This document shows, in pieces, positions 19,034 through 25,934 of a stretch of DNA of 64,000 bases. The notes under the pieces are model-generated. The model searched no databases. It had not been told where the DNA came from and saw only the letters and a program-made list of their open reading frames with translations. A program made the position numbers and the translations under genes. This DNA is from a virus. The stretch is from the IMG/VR virus record IMGVR_UViG_3300045974_000166, positions 128,098-192,097 of that record; one strand, 5' to 3'. Numbering within the stretch: position 1 is the stretch's first letter; the number at the start of each line of letters is the position of its first letter.

Positions 19034-20088
19034 CAGAAGTTTATGTTCGTAAAATGGCATCTATTCAAAAGATTGCCGAAGTAAAGGCTATCCCTGACGC
19101 AGACAAGATCTGTGCTTACAGGGTGAATGGCTGGTGGATTGTTGACCAAGTCGGCAAGTATGTCGTGGGTGATCTTGTTGTGTACGCAGAACCAGATTCT
19201 TTCATTCCGAGCACACTTGCACCTTTCTTGACGAAGCCAGGACATTTCCCCAAGACGTATCTTGGTGTCGAAGGTGAAAAACTTCGCACGATCCGTCTGC
19301 GCAAGCAATTGTCACAAGGGCTGTTGCTGCCATTTACTCCAGAAATTGCAATCAAGGGGTTGGGCGCTGGGCCTGGGGCAAAATTTTCGGATTATGAAGG
19401 TGCTGATGTTTCTGAATTTCTCGGCATTGTAAAGTGGGAAGCACCACCTGAGTTTACTTCTGCTGATGCTCGTGGATCATTCCCATCGTTCATCATCAAG
19501 ACTGACCAAGAACGTGTGCAAAACTGCTTCCGTGATATGGAAGAACATTTTGAACACCAAACATGGGAAGTCACAGAGAAGTGCGAAGGCTCTTCAATGA
19601 CCGTGTACCAACGTCAAGGTGATTTTGGTGTTTGCTCACGCAACTTGGATTTGAAAGAATCTGAGGACAACACATTCTGGAAGATGGCTATTGAGCTTGG
19701 TCTGAAGGAAAAGTTGATCGAAGGTGGGTTGAATATTGCTATTCAAGGTGAACTTTGTGGTCCTGGAATTCAGGGTAACATTTACAACTTGACCAAGCAC
19801 ATGTTCTTCGTGTTTGATATTTTTGACATTGACAAGTTTGAATACTTTAACCCGCACGAACGTAGGTTCCATACAGCACTGCTTGGGTTGACTGATGTGC
19901 CTGTGCTTGAACGTGAAGCAAATCTGGTTGGGCATACATGTGAATCACTGCTATCAAAGGCCGATGGCCAGTCTGTACTTGGGTTGATTGGATGCCTGCG
20001 TGAAGGTGAAGTTTACAAGTTGAATTCGAATCGGCGTATTTCATTCAAAGCAGTGTCAAATAAATATCTTGAAAAGGTTAAGGATTAA
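19030..20088 (+). CDS. ATP-dependent RNA ligase, DRB0094/Rnl2-like with N-terminal OB-like domain
   Basis: IPDADKI, LRTIRLRKQLSQGL, KTDQER, TEKCEGSS (motif I), QGELCGPGIQGN, EGEVYK, SFKAVS. Confidence 0.9.
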   Translation: MTEVYVRKMASIQKIAEVKAIPDADKICAYRVNGWWIVDQVGKYVVGDLVVYAEPDSFIPSTLAPFLTKPGHFPKTYLGVEGEKLRTIRLRKQLSQGLLLPFTPEIAIKGLGAGPGAKFSDYEGADVSEFLGIVKWEAPPEFTSADARGSFPSFIIKTDQERVQNCFRDMEEHFEHQTWEVTEKCEGSSMTVYQRQGDFGVCSRNLDLKESEDNTFWKMAIELGLKEKLIEGGLNIAIQGELCGPGIQGNIYNLTKHMFFVFDIFDIDKFEYFNPHERRFHTALLGLTDVPVLEREANLVGHTCESLLSKADGQSVLGLIGCLREGEVYKLNSNRRISFKAVSNKYLEKVKD

Positions 20089-20195
20089 TATGAAAGCAAA
20101 AATTGTCGAGGCAGGTCTATATACGGCCATGACTATTGTGGTTTTGATTACTATCTACTTGTTTGCAATGCTACGATAAATATTAAATTTTAGTA

Positions 20196-20570
20196 ATGAC
20201 TATGAAAATAGGTTTAAGACTTGGATATTGTCTCCGCGATATAGTTAAAGGCACTGTAAAAACTTCAAGCATTTTTGTACTTATTGTAAATTCCAAATTT
20301 AACCCAAATAATGATGATCATTGGGATGCAATTTGGGAATATTACATGGATAACAAAATCTGGGATACCGGCCATAGCGAAGATGTATATAAATTTGCAC
20401 TGAGAAGATTGTACAAGGCTGGCAAAATACATCAACCAAGAATTTACGGTGGTCGAGTACATAAATTTACTGAATCATGGGTCGAAATGATCCCAGCATT
20501 AATTAAAATGGCACCACAACAAGTTACCAGTTTTCCCGAACTGAGTACAATACCGGATATACTATTATGA
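20196..20570 (+). CDS. hypothetical protein
   Basis: GYCLRDIV...HQPR. Confidence 0.7.
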   Translation: MTMKIGLRLGYCLRDIVKGTVKTSSIFVLIVNSKFNPNNDDHWDAIWEYYMDNKIWDTGHSEDVYKFALRRLYKAGKIHQPRIYGGRVHKFTESWVEMIPALIKMAPQQVTSFPELSTIPDILL

Positions 20571-21349
20571 GAATTTCTTATTGGTCGAATTCAAAGTTTG
20601 CCGCAAAGCTCCGAGAAGTCTTCGGACTTCCTAAGCAACCGACTTCTGCAACATGGGAAGAATGGAAGGAAATAGAAGCCGAAGAAAAGAAAGCATCTCG
20701 ACTTGGTATTGCTATTATACACGGTTTTGATAAAATCCAGGGGGCAATCTATGCTGTTCCGGATGCACTTCACTCTGTAGCTTATTTTGCTGGTAATATT
20801 AAGAATCAGTCGAATGTTCTTCGTACTCGTACTAAATTTGGATCTTGGGCTGATTTGTCTAATAGAATTCCAGACGGCTTGATGTTTGCCGTAGTCGACT
20901 ACTTTGAAAAAGAATGCTTTTGGATGAACTGTGCCTTTACTTCTAAAGAAGAAATGCATACACTCGAACCAGAAGTTCAAAAATACATACAACAATCTTA
21001 CATCCACCGAAAATTGTTTGGTGTCAAAGTTTCGGATGAAGTAAGAGCAAAGCATGCTCGAGAATGGATTGATTTCCAGATTAAAGAAGGTAACCCAGAA
21101 TCAGCGTCTGGTTACGAAGCACTTTGGGCAGCTTACAAATTCGCCAAGGGTCGGTACCTTACATATGACGCTTGGGAAGAATCTGGCTATAATGCTAGAA
21201 TGGATGAAATTCATCGAGGCATTGGTAATGTGTCCGAAGAGCAAACTGCTCTATTTAGAAAAATTACCGAACTCGAAGAAGCATTTGAGAAGGAAGTAGA
21301 AATTCATTGTACTTCTATTGTGAAATATCGTCAATTTATGTGGACTTAA
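20567..21349 (+). CDS. hypothetical protein
   Basis: 260-aa ORF, ATGA overlap. Confidence 0.8.
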   Translation: MRISYWSNSKFAAKLREVFGLPKQPTSATWEEWKEIEAEEKKASRLGIAIIHGFDKIQGAIYAVPDALHSVAYFAGNIKNQSNVLRTRTKFGSWADLSNRIPDGLMFAVVDYFEKECFWMNCAFTSKEEMHTLEPEVQKYIQQSYIHRKLFGVKVSDEVRAKHAREWIDFQIKEGNPESASGYEALWAAYKFAKGRYLTYDAWEESGYNARMDEIHRGIGNVSEEQTALFRKITELEEAFEKEVEIHCTSIVKYRQFMWT

Positions 21350-21350
21350 T

Positions 21351-21608
21351 ATGACAAACAATTTATATGATGGTTTAGAACTCAAAGAAATCAAACCGCT
21401 TGAGTATCAGTGGCCCAAAGATGGAGTTACAGATGGAGTTACTTATACTATTGCTAAAGAACTAGAACCGATCGGTTATTGGGTCTTGGGCTCTGGTGGA
21501 TATTCTACTATAAATTTTGCTATGTACGTTAAACCAACTGCGGATCAGATTTACAACACAGAGATGCTGCTTGGTTGGAAATGGAAAGATGCAATTAAGT
21601 ACAAATAA
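21351..21608 (+). CDS. hypothetical protein
   Basis: tandem ORF. Confidence 0.7.
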   Translation: MTNNLYDGLELKEIKPLEYQWPKDGVTDGVTYTIAKELEPIGYWVLGSGGYSTINFAMYVKPTADQIYNTEMLLGWKWKDAIKYK

Positions 21609-21834
21609 GAATGTCCGAATGATTGCGGTAGAGTCAAATCTTATCGTAGAAGAATACAATGGGTTTGATCGCGCAGAACTTACTCAAGCTGAGATTGAGT
21701 TTGCCAAGGGCATCATTGCGCAGTGCATCTTTATTGTACAGTGTGGTGTCGTTCGGAATGGACATGATACTCCAGAGTACAAACGATCGGTGAGACACAT
21801 CACGGATCTGGAATATTTCAAGGACAACGTATGA
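21517..21834 (+). CDS. hypothetical protein, FAELIVxEC-like (true start downstream)
   Basis: EFAKGIIAQC. Confidence 0.55.
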   Translation: MLCTLNQLRIRFTTQRCCLVGNGKMQLSTNKNVRMIAVESNLIVEEYNGFDRAELTQAEIEFAKGIIAQCIFIVQCGVVRNGHDTPEYKRSVRHITDLEYFKDNV

Positions 21835-22052
21835 GTTGCAATCTTGTTCATGGTTTGGTAGATGACAAAAGATGTTGTTGCAATTGCAAATATCATCATG
21901 TAGACTACCATCACTGCTGTACCACAGGTAAGAAAGCAGATGGTGCTTGTGTCTGTTCTAACCAACGGGGTTGGATCTGCTCGGGCACAGGTAGAATGCA
22001 TTCTGGATGGACAGAACACGGACTCTGTGAAGAACACGATTACTCAATATGA
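21831..22052 (+). CDS. Cys/His-rich hypothetical protein
   Basis: CCCNCKYH, HGLCE. Confidence 0.65.
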   Translation: MSCNLVHGLVDDKRCCCNCKYHHVDYHHCCTTGKKADGACVCSNQRGWICSGTGRMHSGWTEHGLCEEHDYSI

Positions 22053-22237
22053 TGTACCGAGAATATTTCCTGGCATTTCTGGATTCAAATCCAAGGAAAA
22101 ATGAAATGTGGCAAGCACCACAACTAGATTGGTCTACGTGGCTTGGAAGTCCGATGTGGTATGATGGTGGATTCTATGTGAACCGAACACTGGAAGAACG
22201 AAATGAACATGACAGAAGAACTCAAAGGAGAAGTTAG
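22049..22237 (+). CDS. hypothetical protein
   Basis: overlapping tandem ORF. Confidence 0.5.
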   Translation: MMYREYFLAFLDSNPRKNEMWQAPQLDWSTWLGSPMWYDGGFYVNRTLEERNEHDRRTQRRS

Positions 22238-22427
22238 TATGATTGCAACAGCAGTAACAATTGGTTTGGTAATGGTAGGATGGATGGCAATTTGGGCATT
22301 CGTTCACGGCGCTTCAGATGGATGCGGTGGGAACTGCAACCAAGGTCAAGATAAGTGTGATTGCAAAAAGTTTGAATAAATTTTCGTTTTTCTGAGAAAA
22401 AGTTGGCTAACCACCATAAATAAGTAC

Positions 22428-22535
22428 ATGAAACAAAACCTCTTATCCTTGTCGATGCATCTCTCAAACGCTGTCTATAATAGCGGTTGCGCCATTGCAC
22501 GCGGACAATTCACACCAGAATGGGATCAAACATAG
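22428..22535 (+). CDS. 35-aa putative leader peptide MKQNLLSL...PEWDQT
   Basis: read by hand; stop codon abuts an antiterminator-like arm. Confidence 0.45.
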   Translation: MKQNLLSLSMHLSNAVYNSGCAIARGQFTPEWDQT

Positions 22536-22562
22536 AGGGACTTTGAAATTCTACGGAACACC

Positions 22563-22589
22563 AAAGGCCCTTGTAAGAAGGGCCTTTTT
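22563..22589 (+). terminator. intrinsic terminator with alternative pairing
   Basis: AAAGGCCCT-7-AGGGCCTTT then T run. Confidence 0.75.
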
Positions 22590-22606
22590 GATTGGTTCTA
22601 AAATAA

Positions 22607-22635
22607 TTTACACATATTCCGGGATGGTTTATAAT
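22607..22635 (+). promoter_or_regulatory. early promoter, RNA array
   Basis: TTTACA-17-TATAAT. Confidence 0.85.
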
Positions 22636-22644
22636 CATTCCATA

Positions 22645-22684
22645 CCAACAAATCATCGTGTTTGTTGGATTGGTTCTTTAAAAA
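22645..22684 (+). promoter_or_regulatory. boxB-like hairpin plus boxA-like element
   Basis: CCAACAAA-TCATCGTG-TTTGTTGG then GTTCTTTAAAAA. Confidence 0.6.
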
Positions 22685-22687
22685 GTT

Positions 22688-22876
22688 GTTGTTAGGTTCT
22701 GACTCACTCTAAGGTGAGTATGGTAGCCCTGGGTATTAAGTCCCAATGGGTGAGGTGAAACCAATTAGTTGTTCGGACGTCACGCAAGTGAAGGGTAGCT
22801 CAAAAAGAGCAAGGTAAAGAACCGCAGTATCCGCAAGGACTGTAATTGGCGTAATGTAAGAAATTTCCCTAACAAC
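22688..22876 (+). ncRNA. candidate structured RNA, about 190 nt
   Basis: 9-bp closing stem GTTGTTAGG/CCTAACAAC, GCAA-capped hairpins, no ORF. Confidence 0.55.
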
Positions 22877-22894
22877 TTCTGACTAAAGAAATAA

Positions 22895-22923
22895 TTTACA
22901 CATAATGCAAATTGTGGTATAAT
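22895..22923 (+). promoter_or_regulatory. early promoter, RNA array
   Basis: TTTACA-17-TATAAT. Confidence 0.85.
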
Positions 22924-22931
22924 TAATCTTT

Positions 22932-22972
22932 CAAACAGATCATCGAATTTGTTTGTTTAGTTCCTTAACAAT
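22932..22972 (+). promoter_or_regulatory. boxB-like hairpin plus boxA-like element
   Basis: CAAACAGA-TCATCGAA-TTTGTTTG then GTTCCTTAACAAT. Confidence 0.6.
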
Positions 22973-23079
22973 ATAGTAGACAAGATTCCTTGCATTGACG
23001 ACATAAAAAGTGTGTCCTCGATCGTGAGATTACAGGTGCTAACAGATAGGGTAAAACGTATCCAAGGCAAGTGTGAGGA

Positions 23080-23159
23080 GTCATTTTGAAGTATCGTAGG
23101 TGATCCAAACTGCTCCACGAGGTTTGTGGTAGGTGATCTGGACGGTATTTCAAAATGAC
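23080..23159 (+). ncRNA. long-stem element B1
   Basis: GTCATTTTGAAGTAT / GTATTTCAAAATGAC. Confidence 0.6.
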
Positions 23160-23241
23160 ATTTTGAAGTATTTTAGTTTGAACGTACTCCTGGATCTTAA
23201 TTGAAAAAGGCACGCCAGTATTCCTAAAGTATTTCAAAATG
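23159..23241 (+). ncRNA. long-stem element B2
   Basis: CATTTTGAAGTATTTTAG / CTAAAGTATTTCAAAATG. Confidence 0.6.
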
Positions 23242-23315
23242 ATTATCCCAAGACAATAGCGCAACGATAAGATCCGTGCAGACACAATTCTACAATAGCA
23301 GCACGATATTGGGAT

Positions 23316-23407
23316 GTCATTTTAAAACATACTTAGATGCTAGTTCGATTCTAGGCCTGGGTAAGAGTAGCATAATTTGGCAATGCGAACGTATGTTTTA
23401 AAATGAT
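23316..23407 (+). ncRNA. long-stem element B3 with permuted T-arm then D-arm cargo
   Basis: GTCATTTTAAAACATAC / GTATGTTTTAAAATGAT; CTAG-TTCGATT-CTAG precedes TA-GCAT-AATTTGGCA-ATGC. Confidence 0.65.
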
Positions 23408-23445
23408 TGTCTGATTGTGCATTAGTAGTTTAAGCAGAGGAAGAC

Positions 23446-23535
23446 GTCATTTTGAAGTATTTTGTGTAATTCCCGTCTCAACGGTATGCCGTCCCAACAG
23501 CTAACCGCGTAGGTAACAAAGTATTTCAAAATGAT
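23446..23535 (+). ncRNA. long-stem element B4
   Basis: GTCATTTTGAAGTATTTTGT / ACAAAGTATTTCAAAATGAT. Confidence 0.6.
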
Positions 23536-23540
23536 TTTAT

Positions 23541-23634
23541 GGGCTAACACCGGTAGGATCCGGCCAGTGGTCGTCAATGACTCAGTATGGAATGAAAGCT
23601 TTGAAGTAGGTTCGAGTCCTACCTTGGTCCACCA
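23541..23634 (+). pseudogene. atypical tRNA-like element (possible GTC loop)
   Basis: GGGCTAA/TTGGTCC acceptor, GTAGG-TTCGAGT-CCTAC T-arm, ACCA end; D and anticodon arms irregular. Confidence 0.45.
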
Positions 23635-23841
23635 ATTTTATTCCTCGGACTGGAAATACAGTGATGAATCCGTAAGCCGCTCGATAGCCCAAGGGTCACT
23701 GTATAGTTGTGTTTGGAGTTAATATTACCAAGCACAGTGAAGTTAGATTCTTCATAGGGGAGCCAAATCACGCTTAGAGGTTGGGTGAAACCTCCGAGTA
23801 CTTAAATGTACAATCCGCAGTACAGTGAGAAGCCCTGCGTT

Positions 23842-23907
23842 TATTTTAAAGCACATTGCCTGTGCGGACACAATGAGAAACATAGGTTCAAAGTGTGCTT
23901 TAAAATG
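23842..23907 (+). ncRNA. long-stem element B5
   Basis: TATTTTAAAGCACAT / GTGTGCTTTAAAATG. Confidence 0.55.
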
Positions 23908-23958
23908 GAATTAGCAAGAGTAATTAACTTGCTCCATTATCGGGAGTCATGACCCGAT

Positions 23959-24050
23959 GAACTCGTAGTGATGGAATTGGTAGACATAGGGCCCTTTCCG
24001 GGTCCTGCCGTAAAAAGCGTACAGGTTCGAGTCCTGTCTACAATGAGTTC
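23959..24050 (+). pseudogene. class II tRNA-like element without CCA, extended terminal stem
   Basis: Leu-type D-arm GGAATTGGTAGAC, GGGCC-CTTTCCG-GGTCC, ACAGG-TTCGAGT-CCTGT, GAACTC/GAGTTC. Confidence 0.55.
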
Positions 24051-24051
24051 G

Positions 24052-24161
24052 CATTTTAAAGTATTCTGCAACGGCCGATTGTGGTCAAATAGACGAAGAG
24101 CGTATAAGGTTGGTACCAACCTAAATCCCAGTAGGTTTATGAAGTAGAATGCTTTAAAATG
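24052..24161 (+). ncRNA. long-stem element B6
   Basis: CATTTTAAAGTATTCTGC / GTAGAATGCTTTAAAATG. Confidence 0.6.
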
Positions 24162-24283
24162 ATTTCAATCCACAATCCTCGCTCATCTGGGGATTACAAT
24201 ATGGGAATTAACCCTAAATGCGATGAGGCATTGACATCCTGTAAGGGTGTATAGCTTGAATTAACAGGGTGGATCGAAATGAT

Positions 24284-24433
24284 TTTATAGTTGAAGGCAT
24301 TGCACTATCTGAGAAACACATCAGTAGGGTTGCTCCTACACCGGTGTGAAAAGTCGGAATTCGTTCTTCGCAGAGTTCAATAACCGTATTGGGACGAAGG
24401 TAAAGTGTTTTGAACAGTGCCTTCAACTATAAA
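24284..24433 (+). ncRNA. long-stem element B7, multi-hairpin cargo
   Basis: TTTATAGTTGAAGGCATTG / CAGTGCCTTCAACTATAAA. Confidence 0.6.
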
Positions 24434-24435
24434 TA
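24428..24435 (+). promoter_or_regulatory. T4-type late promoter
   Basis: TATAAATA 7 nt before tRNA-Ala. Confidence 0.55.
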
Positions 24436-24442
24436 GAAATAT

Positions 24443-24518
24443 GGGCTGGTAGTGATACTGGGGTACACGAGGCACTTGCAATGCTTAGATTGGAGTTCGA
24501 TCCTCCACCGGTCCACCA
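24443..24518 (+). tRNA. tRNA-Ala(TGC)
   Basis: loop CTTGCAA, G3:U70, CCA. Confidence 0.92.
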
Positions 24519-24525
24519 AAAATTT

Positions 24526-24597
24526 GCGGGTTGTTTGTGGAATACGTTTAGCCTTCCAAGCTGAAAGATGCAGGTTCGAACCCTGTAGCCCGCTCCA
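24526..24597 (+). tRNA. tRNA-Gly(TCC)
   Basis: loop CTTCCAA, U73, CCA; short D-arm. Confidence 0.88.
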
Positions 24598-24606
24598 CTT
24601 TAATGA

Positions 24607-24683
24607 GTCCCAGTAGCCGAATAGGTATAGGCAGCTGTCTTAAAAGCAGTAATCTGTGGGTTCGAGTCCCACTTGGGACACCA
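24607..24683 (+). tRNA. tRNA-Leu(TAA), short variable arm
   Basis: loop CTTAAAA, A73, CCA. Confidence 0.85.
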
Positions 24684-24690
24684 AGAATAA

Positions 24691-24766
24691 GCCAATGTGG
24701 GACAGGGGTTGTCCAGCTGATTGTCTATCAGCCTTTATGACGGTTCGAGTCCGTTCGTTGGCGCCA
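24691..24766 (+). tRNA. tRNA-Asp(GTC)
   Basis: loop TTGTCTA, G73, CCA. Confidence 0.85.
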
Positions 24767-24771
24767 AGTTA

Positions 24772-24830
24772 AGGATCAGTTCAGCAAAAACTAAAAACTT
24801 TGAATCATTCTCAAACTAAAAGTTGATCCT
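24772..24830 (+). ncRNA. Y-RNA-like element Y1
   Basis: AGGATCA-GTTCAGCAA ... TGATCCT-GTT. Confidence 0.6.
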
Positions 24831-24835
24831 GTTAA

Positions 24836-24864
24836 TTTACACATATTGATGAATGTTTTATAAT
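24836..24864 (+). promoter_or_regulatory. early promoter
   Basis: TTTACA-17-TATAAT. Confidence 0.85.
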
Positions 24865-24889
24865 AACACATCAAATACGGAATTGCAAA

Positions 24890-25054
24890 ATGATTAAAGT
24901 TAACATGAAACAAATGAAAAATTGGAAGGTTACTTCTGATAACGTTAAATTCTATGACTCAATCATGAAAACAAAAGGTTCTGTAGTTACTTTAGACAAA
25001 AGACCTTATGTTGAATTACTTTGTGAGTTCAACATAATGTTTACGGCAAAATAA
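24890..25054 (+). CDS. 54-aa hypothetical protein in RNA array
   Basis: read by hand, between two promoters, GGA RBS. Confidence 0.55.
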   Translation: MIKVNMKQMKNWKVTSDNVKFYDSIMKTKGSVVTLDKRPYVELLCEFNIMFTAK

Positions 25055-25083
25055 TTTACACATAATATGGAATGATTTTAAAT
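25055..25083 (+). promoter_or_regulatory. early promoter variant
   Basis: TTTACA-17-TTAAAT. Confidence 0.65.
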
Positions 25084-25092
25084 CATTCCATC

Positions 25093-25134
25093 CAATCAAA
25101 CATCGCTTTGATTGACTAGGTTCATTAAAAAGTT
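25093..25134 (+). promoter_or_regulatory. boxB-like hairpin plus boxA-like element
   Basis: CAATCAAA-CATCGC-TTTGATTG then GTTCATTAAAAA. Confidence 0.55.
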
Positions 25135-25174
25135 ATTGAAGGATTTTCTGTGTTGACACTTAGTTGGCACAGAG

Positions 25175-25263
25175 ATCATTCCGAAGCATAAAGCAACCGT
25201 GGCAGAGATCGTCACAACTAACCATGGAATAGATGTGTTGCTCCATGTATGCTTCGGAATGAT
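25175..25263 (+). ncRNA. long-stem element B8
   Basis: 16-bp ATCATTCCGAAGCATA / TATGCTTCGGAATGAT. Confidence 0.6.
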
Positions 25264-25270
25264 GAATATT

Positions 25271-25356
25271 GGAGTAGACGCCTGAGTGGAAGGGCTCCCG
25301 GCTGTAACCCGGAGGACAGTAATGCTGTGTAGGTTCGAACCCTACCTGCTCCACCA
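25271..25356 (+). tRNA. tRNA-Tyr(GTA)
   Basis: loop CTGTAAC, long V-arm, CCA. Confidence 0.92.
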
Positions 25357-25363
25357 ATTTTAT

Positions 25364-25442
25364 TGACCATAAGCCGACAAGGTGTTAGGCGCTTGACTGT
25401 TAATCAAGAATGAGGTAGGTTCGATTCCTACATGGTCAGCCA
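25364..25442 (+). tRNA. tRNA-Asn(GTT)
   Basis: loop CTGTTAA, G73, CCA. Confidence 0.92.
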
Positions 25443-25448
25443 AGTTAT

Positions 25449-25706
25449 TTCGTTGTAGTATAGAGGAAGGTAGAGTAGTATTGAGTATGTGAGATAAGGC
25501 ATCTAGTAGTGCAAAGTAGATAACAATCGCGTAGGCTTAAAAAAACCAAACACTGTGAGCCGGGGAAGTGCCGGACAGGTTGAAATGCATGAAGAGTGAG
25601 ATAAGGCGCAGAGGGGATATGAGGGTAACTTTGGGAAATACACGGGCCACCCAGCATACGCGATTTTGGGCCCTAGTCGCAGGTTCGAGCCCTGCCAATG
25701 AAGCCA
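25449..25706 (+). ncRNA. 258-nt tRNA-shaped RNA with about 176-nt D-loop insertion
   Basis: TTCGTTG/CAATGAA-GCCA acceptor, GTAT/ATAC D-stem, GGGCC/GGCCC stem, GCAGG-TTCGAGC-CCTGC. Confidence 0.6.
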
Positions 25707-25709
25707 AGT

Positions 25710-25862
25710 TTTGAAGTGTAGATGTTGAGAACACAGGAACTCGAAAGCCCTGTAAGCAGATTTAGCGATCTATGTACCAACTATTACTACGTATCTCTAA
25801 CCCACCGCGGCTAGTATTCATGGGTAAAATGGTTCCGAATGAGGGAGACGGAACACTTCAAA
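25710..25862 (+). ncRNA. long-stem element B9
   Basis: TTTGAAGTGT / ACACTTCAAA enclosing four hairpins. Confidence 0.5.
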
Positions 25863-25871
25863 TTCATTTTT

Positions 25872-25926
25872 AGGTTCCGTTCAGCAAATTCAAAAATTTC
25901 ACTTTTAATGAAAAAATAAGGAACCT
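25872..25926 (+). ncRNA. Y-RNA-like element Y2 with Lys anticodon stem-loop
   Basis: AGGTTCC-GTTCAGCAA ... TTTCA-CTTTTAA-TGAAA ... GGAACCT-GTT. Confidence 0.65.
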
Positions 25927-25934
25927 GTTATTTT

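Noticed and set aside
23080-24433. CRISPR array reading of the family B repeats
   Set aside because: Units are inverted pairs enclosing 35-135 nt of variable length, not direct repeats with uniform spacers; no cas operon in the window.
24772-24830. preQ1 or SAM riboswitch reading of the GTTCAGCA elements
   Set aside because: Most copies sit between tRNAs with no downstream gene or expression platform, and cargo varies from 30 to 230 nt.
25449-25706. tmRNA
   Set aside because: No G3:U70, D-stem present, insert is in the D-loop rather than the anticodon position, and no tag-like ORF seen.
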